Assembly (NCBI GenBank): GCA_000436115.1
Contig: FR894558.1
Location: 83,974 to 147,973 of the forward strand
Origin: Firmicutes bacterium CAG:534
GTDB taxonomy: Bacteria; Bacillota; Clostridia; Lachnospirales; Lachnospiraceae
Length of the DNA: 64,000 nucleotides
Direction: 5' to 3'
Shown here one piece after another: positions 51,365-61,691 of the stretch. How positions within the stretch are numbered: position 1 is the first letter of the stretch; every line of letters starts with the position of its first letter. The notes under the pieces were generated by a model. That model was not told the DNA's origin, did no database searches, and worked only from the letters and a program-made list of their open reading frames with translations. The position numbers were made by a program, and so were the translations under genes.

Positions 51365-52414
51365 ATGAAGAAGATATTTGATGAAGAGGACGAGAAGGAT
51401 TTTCAGGAAAATGATAAAGCAAAAATCTTAGTGACGATCATTCCTTTTGTATTGATCATTCTGGTGCTTCTTGTTACGTTGGTTTTGAACCATACGGGGA
51501 AAAGCAGTTCCGAACAGGTACAGGACAGCATTAAGGAATACGCAGATGCAGGAAAGCAGGAAATGGAACCGAAGTCGGAAAATAAGGATCCGGAAGTAAC
51601 GGTTTCGGAAGAGGAGCCCACAGGGGAAGAAGAAGCAGTGCAGACAATGCAGCCTTCCGAACAGGAAACGCCGGCGCCCACACCGGTCCCGACTAAATCG
51701 CCGCAGCCTGCAGGGAAGGAAATTGATTTCAGCAAAGTAAAGTACGATAAGGATGCCCAGCTTAAGGAAATGATGGGCTACTGGGAGGACAATAATCAGC
51801 AGGCACTGTCCGACCTTGCTTATCTTGATCGTTTCAGAGCGATGTCATGGTCCTTAAAGGGAACAACGGATTTTTATTATTACGGAGAAAAGGGAACGGA
51901 CGGAAAGCCAAACGGAACAGGGATTGCTGTGTATGCAGACAACCAGTATTATTATGGACAATGGAAGGATGGAGTAAGAAGCGGGGAAGGAACCTGGTTC
52001 CATTACCATATACCGGCCTCTAAAGGAGCAGGGGAGCTGGTGAAATTCCATCAGTACACAGGAGCTTTTCAGGGAGATCTTCCGGAAGGAGAAGGCTCAG
52101 AGCACTATGATTTTAATACTGAAAAAATGAACAGCAAGCAGAGATATACATCCAATCTGATCGGAACCTATCATGCAGGACTTGTGAACGGTTCTTTTTA
52201 TCTGACGACCATTTATGCAGATGGAAACATGGAGGAATGGAATGCTACGGCAGTGAACGGTTCCTGGCAGTATATTTATAATAAAGCGGATCCCAAAGGA
52301 AATAAACCGGTTTATGTCAGTACAACGGATGAAGAAGATTGTGTGTGGATGAATCCTAAGGAGAATACCGGTATTGGCGTTTCCTGTTTGATTTCTTCAA
52401 ACAAAAAAGCATGA
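51365..52414 (+). CDS. hypothetical membrane-anchored protein with MORN-like repeats
   Basis: N-terminal TM ILVTIIPFVLIILVLLVTLVL, Pro/Glu/Thr linker, then YYYGEKGTDGKPNGTGIAVYADNQYYYGQWKDGVRSGEGTWF (YxGxWxxGxxxGxG MORN pattern). Confidence 0.5.
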   Translation: MKKIFDEEDEKDFQENDKAKILVTIIPFVLIILVLLVTLVLNHTGKSSSEQVQDSIKEYADAGKQEMEPKSENKDPEVTVSEEEPTGEEEAVQTMQPSEQETPAPTPVPTKSPQPAGKEIDFSKVKYDKDAQLKEMMGYWEDNNQQALSDLAYLDRFRAMSWSLKGTTDFYYYGEKGTDGKPNGTGIAVYADNQYYYGQWKDGVRSGEGTWFHYHIPASKGAGELVKFHQYTGAFQGDLPEGEGSEHYDFNTEKMNSKQRYTSNLIGTYHAGLVNGSFYLTTIYADGNMEEWNATAVNGSWQYIYNKADPKGNKPVYVSTTDEEDCVWMNPKENTGIGVSCLISSNKKA

Positions 52415-52443
52415 TTTTTGCAATGGACAAAGGAGGTACGGGG

Positions 52444-53148
52444 ATGGCATGGTGTCCGAAATGCAAATGTGAGTATGTAGAGGGTGTTACGGTCTGTGTT
52501 GACTGCGGATGTGAGCTTGTGGATCATCTGGATGGAACAGAGGATGAAATCCTGCAGACAGATCCGCAGAAAATTGCGCAGGCATTTATCAGGACAGGAG
52601 AAGCTTTGCCGGAGGAGCTTCTTGATTCAGAGCTTTTGCAGGATTTTGATTTTGACGAGGAAGAGGCAAAGCCCACTGTGCAGAAGGCGTATCGAAACAG
52701 TGCGGAGCAGGCGAAGGAAAACAGAGCCTCTGCTTTTTCGCTTCTGTTTGTAGGAGGAGCGGGTTTTGTTTTTATTCTTTTGTTTTTCCTGGATGTGATT
52801 GATCTTCATATGACCCTGCTCAGCAAGTATATGGTGTCCGGCGTAATGGGAGTTTTGGTTATTCTTTTTATTGTGATGGGGATCATTTCCCTTAGAAACT
52901 CCAAAATATTAAAGAAAAAAGCCTATAAGGAAAACAACCTGACTCAGGAAATCAAAAGATGGTGTATGGATCGGTTTCGTAAAGAGGAGATTGACGCCAT
53001 ACTTGAAATTGATAAACAGCAGGAGGAGCTGCAGTATTTTGCAAGGGCTAAGTACATGAAGGAAGCGATCCAAAAGCAGTTTATGAATTTGGAAGAGGGA
53101 TATCTTGATCGTCTGATCGAAGAGGTTTATGCTGAAATATTTGAATGA
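52444..53148 (+). CDS. hypothetical zinc-ribbon membrane protein
   Basis: Start at ATG 52444 (AAGGAGG 7 nt upstream). CPKCKCEY...CVDCGC zinc ribbon, two TM helices, C-terminal Glu/Lys helical region. Confidence 0.5.
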   Translation: MAWCPKCKCEYVEGVTVCVDCGCELVDHLDGTEDEILQTDPQKIAQAFIRTGEALPEELLDSELLQDFDFDEEEAKPTVQKAYRNSAEQAKENRASAFSLLFVGGAGFVFILLFFLDVIDLHMTLLSKYMVSGVMGVLVILFIVMGIISLRNSKILKKKAYKENNLTQEIKRWCMDRFRKEEIDAILEIDKQQEELQYFARAKYMKEAIQKQFMNLEEGYLDRLIEEVYAEIFE

Positions 53149-53156
53149 GGTGAAAT

Positions 53157-53636
53157 GTGAAGGTCAGCATCATCTGCGTGGGAAAGATAAAGGAAGAGTT
53201 TTACAGAAAAGCAGTTGCAGAATATGAAAAAAGACTTTCCAGATACTGTAAGCTGGAGATCATTGAGGTGCCGGATGAAAAGACTCCTGACGGAGCAAGC
53301 GCTTTGCTGGAAGAACAGATAAAGGAAAAAGAAGGGGCAAAAATTTTAAGGCATCTGCGGGAGGATGCCTATATTTACACGTTGGAGATCCGGGGAAAAG
53401 AACTGGATTCCGAGAAGTTTGCCCATCAGATTGAAAAACAGGCAGTAGGCGGAGTGAGCCATATTCAGTTTGTGATCGGAGGCTCCCTTGGACTTGCACC
53501 CGGTGTCAGCAGGGCGGCAGATGAAGCGATCAGCTTCTCTAAGATGACGTTCCCTCATCAGCTTATGCGGGTCATTTTGCTGGAACAGATATACCGGGGC
53601 TACAGGATCATTTCAGGGGAACCCTATCACAAGTGA
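53157..53636 (+). CDS. rlmH: 23S rRNA (pseudouridine1915-N3)-methyltransferase
   Basis: 159 aa, SPOUT fold. [13 protein letters not shown] start and C-terminal [10 protein letters not shown]...[18 protein letters not shown] are canonical RlmH. GTG start with GAGGTG RBS. Confidence 0.9.
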   Translation: MKVSIICVGKIKEEFYRKAVAEYEKRLSRYCKLEIIEVPDEKTPDGASALLEEQIKEKEGAKILRHLREDAYIYTLEIRGKELDSEKFAHQIEKQAVGGVSHIQFVIGGSLGLAPGVSRAADEAISFSKMTFPHQLMRVILLEQIYRGYRIISGEPYHK

Positions 53637-53655
53637 GCAGGAAAGAGGTAAAGCT

Positions 53656-54960
53656 ATGAGAATGTATGATCTGATTATGAAAAAGCGTAATGGAGGGGTG
53701 CTTTCCAAAGAGGAAATTGATTTTATGATCAAAGGCTATACCTGTGGAGAGATACCGGATTATCAGATGTCGGCCATGATGATGGCCATATATTTTGTGG
53801 GAATGAATGAAGAGGAAACGCTCTTTCTTACCATGGCAATGGCAAAGAGCGGAGAAATGCTGGATCTTTCCGGAATTTCCGGCGTGAAGGTGGATAAGCA
53901 CAGCACTGGAGGAGTGGGGGATAAAACTTCTCTGGCATTGACGCCCATGGTTTCTGCCTGCGGTGTAAAGATTGCAAAAATGAGCGGAAGAGGACTGGGA
54001 CACACGGGCGGGACCATTGATAAGCTGGAAAGCTTTCCCGGTTTTTCCACGGATATTACCGTGCAGGAATTTGAAAAGAATGTGAATGAAATCGGAATTG
54101 CGATCATGGGACAGACTAAGGAGCTTGCCCCTGCAGATAAAAAGCTGTATGCGCTCAGGGATGTTACAGCTACAGTGGATAATATGTCACTGATCGCATC
54201 CTCAATTATGAGCAAAAAGCTGGCTGCCGGTGCAGATGCCATCGTGCTGGATGTAAAGACAGGAAGCGGCGCTTTCATGAAGCGGGAGGAGGATGCTTTT
54301 GCCCTGGCAAAGGAAATGGTAAGCCTTGGGAAAAACGCAAGACGGAATACCATTGCAGTGATCTCTGATATGGATCAGCCTCTTGGCAGGGCTATTGGAA
54401 ATGCCATGGAGGTAAGAGAGGCCATTGAGACCTTAAACGGAAAAGGGCCGGAAGATTTTACAAAGCTCTGTATGACTCTCGGTACCATGATGCTTCTGGC
54501 TGGAGGTGTGTGCCAGACCCAGGAAGAGGCAGAACAAAAATTGCAGGAAGTCATCCAAAATGGAAGCGCCCTGCAAAAGCTTGCCCAGCTTGTGAAGGCA
54601 CAGGGAGGAGATGAAAGCGCAGTCTTTCACCCGGAGAAGCTGCCAAAGGCTTCGATCGTCGAGACAATTTGCGCCGATAAGGATGGGTATGTACAGAAAA
54701 TCGTATGTGATGAGGCGGGAGTTGCTTCCTTACTGCTTGGAGGAGGAAGAGAGACCAAGGAGAGCCGGATCGACCTGTCAGTAGGGATTCTGCTCCATAA
54801 GAAAGTGGGAGATGCCGTAAAGAAGGGGGAAGTGCTTGCAGAGCTTCATGCCAATGATGCTGCAAAATTAGCGCTTGCAAAAGAACGTCTCCTTGCGGCT
54901 TATCACATCGGAACGGAGAAAAGGGAAGAAGGACCTGTTATTATCGGAATTTTAAAATAA
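53656..54960 (+). CDS. pdp: pyrimidine-nucleoside (thymidine) phosphorylase
   Basis: 434 aa. [16 protein letters not shown] and [16 protein letters not shown] blocks. Confidence 0.9.
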   Translation: MRMYDLIMKKRNGGVLSKEEIDFMIKGYTCGEIPDYQMSAMMMAIYFVGMNEEETLFLTMAMAKSGEMLDLSGISGVKVDKHSTGGVGDKTSLALTPMVSACGVKIAKMSGRGLGHTGGTIDKLESFPGFSTDITVQEFEKNVNEIGIAIMGQTKELAPADKKLYALRDVTATVDNMSLIASSIMSKKLAAGADAIVLDVKTGSGAFMKREEDAFALAKEMVSLGKNARRNTIAVISDMDQPLGRAIGNAMEVREAIETLNGKGPEDFTKLCMTLGTMMLLAGGVCQTQEEAEQKLQEVIQNGSALQKLAQLVKAQGGDESAVFHPEKLPKASIVETICADKDGYVQKIVCDEAGVASLLLGGGRETKESRIDLSVGILLHKKVGDAVKKGEVLAELHANDAAKLALAKERLLAAYHIGTEKREEGPVIIGILK

Positions 54961-55066
54961 GCATAGAGAGCAGAGGGGCATCATATAGTACAATATGATG
55001 AAAAGAAAACCCTCACCTAATCAAAACTGGAGCAAAACAAGAAAGGAAAGACAGGAAGAAGCGGGA

Positions 55067-55327
55067 ATGCCCAGAAGGGAAATGGTGGTAGAATCCCTGA
55101 AGCTTCCGAAGGATTCCATTCTTGGAGCTTCCATTGTCACTTTGACCGGCAACACAGATGCTTTTGTAGAAAATTACAGAGGGATCATTGAATACACAGG
55201 TGATCTGATCCTGCTTCAGGGGAAGACCTGCAAGATAAAGATCTGCGGCAAAAGGCTCTGCATCGATTATTATACCAATGAGGACATGAAGATCAGCGGC
55301 TTGATAGAACAGATCTGCTATTTGTGA
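55067..55327 (+). CDS. yqfC: sporulation protein YqfC (YabP family)
   Basis: About 87 aa from ATG 55067. LTGNTDAFVENYRGIIEYTGDLILLQGK matches YqfC/YabP. First gene of yqfC-yqfD-phoH cluster. ORF-track start 54995 is probably too long. Confidence 0.7.
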   Translation: MPRREMVVESLKLPKDSILGASIVTLTGNTDAFVENYRGIIEYTGDLILLQGKTCKIKICGKRLCIDYYTNEDMKISGLIEQICYL

Positions 55328-55336
55328 GGTATAAGG

Positions 55337-56572
55337 ATGCTGGAAGTGATACGTTATCTAAAGGGATATCTGGAGATCAGGGTGTGGGGATTTTCACCGG
55401 AACGATTTATGAATTTGTGCAGCAACCATGGGATTTTTTTGTGGGATGTGACAAATTGCGGCGATCACTACCGCATGAAGCTCTGCCTGAAGGATTTTTA
55501 CAGATTAAAGGGAATTACCAGAAAAACGGGAACGAGGGTAGCTATAACAAAACGTTATGGACTACCCTTTCTTTCTGTTTCCATGTGGAAGCGGAGGATT
55601 TTCCTGCTTGGACTTCTGGGAAGCCTTGGTTTCTGGATTTTGATGTCCGGCTTTATCTGGGCCATAGAGATCAGCGGAAATTATTATGTGACAGAAGATG
55701 TACTCATGGATTTCCTGGAGCAGAACCAGATCCGGACAGGAATGAGGAAGAAGGGAATAGATCTGGAACTTTTAGAGGAAAATTTAAGAACCGAATTTCC
55801 TGTTATTACCTGGACCTCTACTAAGATTGACGGCACAAAATTAAAGATCCAGATTAAGGAAAATGATGTAGGAATGGAACCTGGCATTTCAGAGCAGGAA
55901 GAGGGAGGAAAGGATCTGGTGGCAGACCGGGATGGACTGATCGTGAATATGGTGACGAGAAACGGCGTACCGGTTGTGAAGGTAGGAATGGAAGTAAAAA
56001 AGGGTGATATCCTGGTAGAAGGAGGAGTCCCCATTATGGGGGAGGATGGAGCCGTTGCACGCTATGACTTCTGCACGGCAGATGCAGATGTTTATCTTCA
56101 AAGTGTTTACTCTATAGAGGAAAAGCAAAAAGAAAAATATGAAAAAAAGTTTTATTCAGGTCGGGAAAAAAGGAGATACTTTCTTTTGGCCAGGGAAAAG
56201 GAGCTTGCACTTCCCTTTCTGCCCGGTTTCTATGAGCAGTATGATGTGATAAAGGAAACGAAACAGCTTCGGATCTTTAAAAACTATGAGCTTCCGGTTT
56301 CCTGGGGGAAAGAAACAAGGCGGGAATATGAGACGAAAGAGCAGATCTATACAAAAGAGGAGATAAAAGAGATCTTTCAGGGGAAATTGCAAAAATTTAT
56401 TGCAACTTTGGAGGAAAAAGGGGTACAAATTATAGAAAAAAATGTTACAATTAATAAGACTTCCGGCGTATGGAGCATGAAAACGGATTTTCTTACGGTA
56501 GAAAAGACAGGGGTATTAAGCAGCACGCACCTGACAAATGAAGAGCCGAAGCTGCCGGATACGGAAGAATAA
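55337..56572 (+). CDS. yqfD: sporulation protein YqfD (stage IV sporulation-like)
   Basis: 411 aa, single TM after residue about 80. Position between yqfC and phoH exactly as in Bacillus. Confidence 0.7.
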   Translation: MLEVIRYLKGYLEIRVWGFSPERFMNLCSNHGIFLWDVTNCGDHYRMKLCLKDFYRLKGITRKTGTRVAITKRYGLPFLSVSMWKRRIFLLGLLGSLGFWILMSGFIWAIEISGNYYVTEDVLMDFLEQNQIRTGMRKKGIDLELLEENLRTEFPVITWTSTKIDGTKLKIQIKENDVGMEPGISEQEEGGKDLVADRDGLIVNMVTRNGVPVVKVGMEVKKGDILVEGGVPIMGEDGAVARYDFCTADADVYLQSVYSIEEKQKEKYEKKFYSGREKRRYFLLAREKELALPFLPGFYEQYDVIKETKQLRIFKNYELPVSWGKETRREYETKEQIYTKEEIKEIFQGKLQKFIATLEEKGVQIIEKNVTINKTSGVWSMKTDFLTVEKTGVLSSTHLTNEEPKLPDTEE

Positions 56573-56576
56573 GAAA

Positions 56577-57596
56577 ATGGGAGTGCAGATGGAAGATTTT
56601 TCTGAAGTGATACATGTCCCTGCCAGTGATCAGCAGAATGTATTTGGACAGTTTGACAATCACATCAAAAAGCTGGAGAGGCAGCTTAAGGTTGCCATCA
56701 TAGACCGTAACGGAGAACTGCGGATCAGCGGAACGCAAAACGGCGTAAAGAGGGCAGTATCTGTATTAAATGAATTGATAGAATTATCGAGGAGAGGGAA
56801 TACCATACAGGAACAGGATGTGGATTATTCCATTACAATGAATATGGAAGAAAATGAAGATGTTTTATTAGAAATAGACAAGGACTGTATCTGTCATACG
56901 GTTTCCGGGAAACCGATCAAGCCTAAGACCCTTGGGCAAAAGCAATATGTAGATGCGATCCGGAATAATATGATCGTTTTTGGGATTGGGCCAGCCGGTA
57001 CAGGCAAGACCTATCTGGCTATGGCCATGGCAATCATGGCTTTTAAATGTCAGGAAGTGGAAAGGATCATCTTAACCAGACCGGCCATTGAAGCCGGGGA
57101 AAAGCTGGGCTTCCTTCCTGGAGATTTGCAAAGTAAAGTAGATCCTTATCTCCGGCCGCTTTATGATGCGCTTTATCAGATCATGGGGGCAGATACCTTT
57201 AACAAGAATATGGAAAAGGGGCTGATCGAGGTGGCGCCTCTTGCCTATATGAGGGGAAGGACTTTGGACAATGCCTACATTATATTGGATGAAGCACAGA
57301 ATACAACGCCTGCCCAGATGAAAATGTTTTTAACCAGAATTGGATTTGGATCAAAGGTGATTGTAACAGGAGATGCATCTCAAAAGGATCTTGCACCCGG
57401 AACCCAGTCCGGCCTTGACGTTGCAACCAAGGTTCTTGGAGGAATAGAAGGAATTGAATTCTGCAGGATGTCAAGCCGTGATGTGGTCAGACACCCGCTG
57501 GTACAAAAGATCGTAAAGGCATATGAAAAATACGAAGCAAAAGAAACTCATATAACAAGACATAAGGGCAGGAATACCACCTATGGAAAAAAGTAA
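56577..57596 (+). CDS. phoH: PhoH-family ATPase
   Basis: Walker A GIGPAGTGKTYLAMAMA. PhoH C-terminal block ILDEAQNTTPAQMKMFLTRIGFGSKVIVTGD. Start chosen at ATG 56577 (GGAAGAA RBS). Confidence 0.9.
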   Translation: MGVQMEDFSEVIHVPASDQQNVFGQFDNHIKKLERQLKVAIIDRNGELRISGTQNGVKRAVSVLNELIELSRRGNTIQEQDVDYSITMNMEENEDVLLEIDKDCICHTVSGKPIKPKTLGQKQYVDAIRNNMIVFGIGPAGTGKTYLAMAMAIMAFKCQEVERIILTRPAIEAGEKLGFLPGDLQSKVDPYLRPLYDALYQIMGADTFNKNMEKGLIEVAPLAYMRGRTLDNAYIILDEAQNTTPAQMKMFLTRIGFGSKVIVTGDASQKDLAPGTQSGLDVATKVLGGIEGIEFCRMSSRDVVRHPLVQKIVKAYEKYEAKETHITRHKGRNTTYGKK

Positions 57597-58806
57597 TGAT
57601 CAGCCTATGATGACAAATGAATACACCTGGAAAAAGAGCCGGATCATTACAGAAATCCTGCTTCTTGTGCTTACGGTTTCGGCTGGTGTGGGAGCCGGTT
57701 TTCTCTATGGAAAGAGTCAGACAGAGCTGGTGGGACTGGCCGTGCTTGCAGCGGCAGGAACGGGAGCTGTCCTTTTTTCACTGGAGCAGAGCATTCAGGC
57801 GGGTACCTTTTTGTTTGAAGGAAAAGACCATATCGCACATTTCGTGCTTGCATATCTGATTTCTCTTGCAGGAAGCCTGATCTTTCCGCTGCTTCCAACA
57901 GGAGGGTGGCCGTATCTTACGGTTTTTGTCGCACTGATGCTTTTTTCCAATCAGGTGACAGGGCTTTCGGCGGCTTCCATGCTGCTTGCGCAAAGCTGTA
58001 TTCTTGCCGGGAACGGAAGCTGCTTCTTCGTTTATTTCATAGGCGGACTTGTGGGCATTATGGTTTTTTCTTACCTGGAGCAGAATTTCCTGGTAGGGCG
58101 TCCGCTGGTTACGGCGCTGCTGACACAGATGGTATGCCTTTGCGTCAGTGAAGTATTAGGGGCAAATGAGAAGATAAATGCTACTTTGTTCCTGGTTCCG
58201 GGGATCAATATTCTGGTGTGCCTGATCCTGCTTTTTGTGATCCTGAAGGCATTCAGTATTTCCGTTATTTATAAGAAAAGCGATCTGTATACGGATATGA
58301 ACGATCCGGAATGCGCCCTGCTTGCCAGCCTGAAAGAGACCTCCAAGGAGCAGTACTATCATGCGGTACATACGGCGTACCTTTGTGACCGGATTGCAAG
58401 GAAGCTTGGAATGGACGAGCAGGTGGCAAAGGCCTGCGGCTATTATCATAGGATCGGAACGCTGAAAGGAGAAAACAACTGGGAAAATACCAGCAGTATC
58501 TTAGAGGAAAATCATTTTCCGGAGCAGATCAGGACGGTTCTAAAAGAATATCTGGATGCGTCCAGCCATATCACCAGGAAAGAAACAGTAGTCCTTCTGT
58601 TTTCTGATACTGTGATCTCTTCCGTAAGGTATTTATTTTCCAAAAACCCCAAGATCCATTTAGATTATGATAAATTCATTGGCGATATCTTCAAGAAAAG
58701 GATGGAGAGTGGTATGATAGAGGAAAGCGACATCACCTTGAAGGAATTGAAAGATATGAAGAAGACACTGATGGAGGAAAAGCTGTATTATGACTTCTTA
58801 CGTTGA
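57583..58806 (+). CDS. 7TM-HD membrane protein (YqfF/PgpH-like) lacking the extracellular domain and with a degenerate HD motif
   Basis: Seven to eight TM helices, then an HD-type domain. The expected ...YYHDIGK block reads YYHRIGT (58441-58461). Syntenic with yqfF/pgpH between phoH and ybeY but only 407 aa. Confidence 0.65.
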   Translation: MEKSNDQPMMTNEYTWKKSRIITEILLLVLTVSAGVGAGFLYGKSQTELVGLAVLAAAGTGAVLFSLEQSIQAGTFLFEGKDHIAHFVLAYLISLAGSLIFPLLPTGGWPYLTVFVALMLFSNQVTGLSAASMLLAQSCILAGNGSCFFVYFIGGLVGIMVFSYLEQNFLVGRPLVTALLTQMVCLCVSEVLGANEKINATLFLVPGINILVCLILLFVILKAFSISVIYKKSDLYTDMNDPECALLASLKETSKEQYYHAVHTAYLCDRIARKLGMDEQVAKACGYYHRIGTLKGENNWENTSSILEENHFPEQIRTVLKEYLDASSHITRKETVVLLFSDTVISSVRYLFSKNPKIHLDYDKFIGDIFKKRMESGMIEESDITLKELKDMKKTLMEEKLYYDFLR

Positions 58807-59290
58807 GAATGAAGCGAAGGAAAGTCTTCCCTTTGAGCCCAAGGAAATACTGGATCTGGTAGCACAGAAAGTATTAGAGGAAGAAAACTGTCCCTATGAA
58901 GCACAGATCAATCTGCTTCTGACGGATAATGAGGGAATCCGGGAATTTAACAGGCAGTACCGGGAAGTTGACGCCCCTACGGATGTGTTGTCTTTTCCCA
59001 TGATTCCGTTTGAAAGGGAAGCGGATTTTACAGCTGTAGAAGAAGACAGGGCAGATTATTTTGATCCGGGAAGCGGAGAACTGATCTTGGGAGATATTAT
59101 CATATCAGTGCCAAGAGCGTTAGAGCAGGCGGAAAGCTTTGGCCATTCTGTAAAAAGAGAATTCGCTTTTCTTGTGGCGCATAGCATGCTGCATCTTTGC
59201 GGCTATGACCATATGAAAGAGGAGGAAGCTAAGGTGATGGAGGCCAAGCAGGAAAAGGTTTTAAAGGAACTTGGAATTACAAGAGACTAA
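58790..59290 (+). CDS. ybeY: rRNA maturation endoribonuclease YbeY
   Basis: HSMLHLCGYDH (H-x3-H-x5-H zinc site). 166 aa. Overlaps upstream gene by 17 nt. Confidence 0.9.
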   Translation: MTSYVENEAKESLPFEPKEILDLVAQKVLEEENCPYEAQINLLLTDNEGIREFNRQYREVDAPTDVLSFPMIPFEREADFTAVEEDRADYFDPGSGELILGDIIISVPRALEQAESFGHSVKREFAFLVAHSMLHLCGYDHMKEEEAKVMEAKQEKVLKELGITRD

Positions 59291-59308
59291 GATACGGCAG
59301 GAGACCTT

Positions 59309-60940
59309 ATGAAATACTCTGTAAAAAAGAGAAATATTCCTTCCAGGAAGGATTACTATATTATATCAATGGAAATAATGATCATTTTAGCATTTCTGTT
59401 CCAGCTGATTTTGGCAGGGATGATCGGGGATAAAGGAATGGCATGCTACGGTGTGGCATTTCAGTGGGTGGTGCTGTTATCCGGCGTGACCGGATATGGA
59501 CTTTCGGAGGCGGTGGCACAGCTTGTGCGCTACCGGGTGAAGAGAGAGCAGTACCGGGAAACACAGAAGATTTTAGGAGCGGCCGTGACCCTTGGAGCTG
59601 TAAGCGGGATCATGGCAGGGCTGCTTACAGCAGCTTTCGGTTCCTTCCTTGCAGTGAAGATTGTAAAAATTCCTCTTGCAGAACTTTCTTTTGGGGCAGC
59701 TTCTCCGGCTATAGTCTGTTTTATCCTGATCTATGTTATGCAGGGATATTTCAGGGGAAGCGGATCAAGAGTTCCAACCAATATTTCAAGGATCATGCAG
59801 GGAATATTGCTGCTTGCAGGAGGCCTTCTGGGAGCAGGAATGTTTCAGGGATATGGGGAAAAAGTATCTGCCCTGCTGCAAAATGAGGACTATACCAGTG
59901 CATACGGGGCTATGGGAGCCAGCGCCTGGATTTTGCTGCCGGCAGTATTGACTTTGTTATATCTGGCTGCATTGTATCTGCTTTATCGCAGAAATCTGAA
60001 AGCACAGAGCCGGGAATTATCCAAAGCGGCAGATGGCAGCCTGCATGTTTTCCATATGCTGATCAGCGGAGGCGCGCTGTATTCTCTTTTCTTTCTGGTT
60101 ACGAACGGCAAGGTACTGGCAGGAGAGATGATCCTTATGTCTGGAAAGTCAGCTGCTGAAAGCCTGTTCTCTGAGTGGGGAAGATTTTATGGAAAAGTGC
60201 TTCCGATCATAGGAATAGCAGAGGCACTGATCTGTATCCTTCTGCTTCCGGCGGTACGGAGGCTGCTGGTTCTGGAGGAAAGGGACGAGACCAGGCTTGC
60301 CAGAGAAAAACTGAAGATCCTGATCCATCAGGGGGCAGCGGTCTCAATTCCGGCAGCGGTGTTTCTGGCTGTTTTTTCAGAAAATGTACTCAATGTGCTT
60401 TATGGAGGAAATAATGCCGTGGCGGCAGGGTGGCTTGCCTTTTCGGCAGTAGGAATTGTATTTTTTACTTTTATGACACTGTTTCTGGAAATCCTGTCAA
60501 AGGGAAGAAAGCATCTTTTGGCTGCTGGAATTTCAGGAGCGGCCTTTTTGGTCTATCTGGGCGTTCTTTTTATTGTGGAAAGCGGAAAGCTAAGCGGCAT
60601 AAACGGATTGGTATTTGCAGAACTTTTATCGCTGGCGCTTGCTGCCGGGGGAAGCTTTTATTTCGTTTGCCGAAGGTTTTCCTACAGACAGGAATGGTTA
60701 AAGACCTTTGCAGTAACGGTAATTGCAGCGGCTGTGTCCGGAACGGTTGGAATGCTTTTGAATAAAGGGCTGTCCGGAGTGCTGGGGGATCTGATTTCTC
60801 TGCTCATCTGCCTTGTTATCAGTATTTTGATTTATATAGGGATCCTCATTGCACTGAGAGCCTTTGGTGAAGAGGAACTGGAAAATATGGCAGGAGGCGT
60901 GATTTATAAGAAGCTGGCTGAAATGCTTCATTTTATGTGA
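59309..60940 (+). CDS. MOP/MATE-superfamily flippase (polysaccharide biosynthesis / SpoVB-like)
   Basis: 543 aa, about 14 TM helices, Wzx/SpoVB-like. AGGAGA RBS. Confidence 0.6.
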   Translation: MKYSVKKRNIPSRKDYYIISMEIMIILAFLFQLILAGMIGDKGMACYGVAFQWVVLLSGVTGYGLSEAVAQLVRYRVKREQYRETQKILGAAVTLGAVSGIMAGLLTAAFGSFLAVKIVKIPLAELSFGAASPAIVCFILIYVMQGYFRGSGSRVPTNISRIMQGILLLAGGLLGAGMFQGYGEKVSALLQNEDYTSAYGAMGASAWILLPAVLTLLYLAALYLLYRRNLKAQSRELSKAADGSLHVFHMLISGGALYSLFFLVTNGKVLAGEMILMSGKSAAESLFSEWGRFYGKVLPIIGIAEALICILLLPAVRRLLVLEERDETRLAREKLKILIHQGAAVSIPAAVFLAVFSENVLNVLYGGNNAVAAGWLAFSAVGIVFFTFMTLFLEILSKGRKHLLAAGISGAAFLVYLGVLFIVESGKLSGINGLVFAELLSLALAAGGSFYFVCRRFSYRQEWLKTFAVTVIAAAVSGTVGMLLNKGLSGVLGDLISLLICLVISILIYIGILIALRAFGEEELENMAGGVIYKKLAEMLHFM

Positions 60941-61008
60941 TTTTGCAGGAAAGTATAATTTTATGTTTTTCGGCTGATACTGTTAAAAAACAGTAAAGAG
61001 GGGAAAAC

Positions 61009-61641
61009 ATGAAAATTGCAAGGAAGATCAGCTTATTTTTTATCTATCCCATGACAATGTTTGGACTTGGTTTTTTTGCAAATATGTCAATCACAGAATT
61101 TTTTTATCCCGGCTCAAAGCAGCCGCAAAATAAAGAGCAGATCATTTCAGAACTGCCCAAAGAAGAAGAACCGGTTCTTGCCAAAAGCCCTGCAATGGTA
61201 ACGGCAAATACCTGTTATGTTGTACAGGATTACAGCCTGCCTGATGGAGAAGTGTCAGAACAGATCGAGACTGCGCCGGATAAATTTATTGGTCTTTCCA
61301 GAACCCAGCTGGAAAAGGAAATTGAAAGCTATAATCAAAATCCTTCTCTGGCAGATCAGAAAAAGGGGTTCTCCTATATGGAACTGGTTTCCTTTTCCGG
61401 AGACCGGGTGGTAGTAAGAAAGAGTTATGAAACAAAGAAGGCAGATGATACAGGGGGATTTTTCCTGATCAATGAAAACCACCGGGTGGTGGTGTACAAT
61501 AAAGAACTGACACAGCCGTATATGAGTACGGACATTTTGGTGGAAAGCCTTCCGGAAGAGCTTCAAAAAGAAATTATCCAAAAAAAGTTTGTAGAAGATG
61601 AAGGAAATCTTTACGATTTCCTGGAATCTTATTCCAGCTAG
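61009..61641 (+). CDS. hypothetical signal-anchored protein
   Basis: N-terminal TM ISLFFIYPMTMFGLGFFANMSI, then soluble 170-aa domain with no recognised motif. Confidence 0.45.
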   Translation: MKIARKISLFFIYPMTMFGLGFFANMSITEFFYPGSKQPQNKEQIISELPKEEEPVLAKSPAMVTANTCYVVQDYSLPDGEVSEQIETAPDKFIGLSRTQLEKEIESYNQNPSLADQKKGFSYMELVSFSGDRVVVRKSYETKKADDTGGFFLINENHRVVVYNKELTQPYMSTDILVESLPEELQKEIIQKKFVEDEGNLYDFLESYSS

Positions 61642-61691
61642 CAGGACATAAAAACACTTGATCTGGAAATAAAAAAAGAATGGAGAACAAC

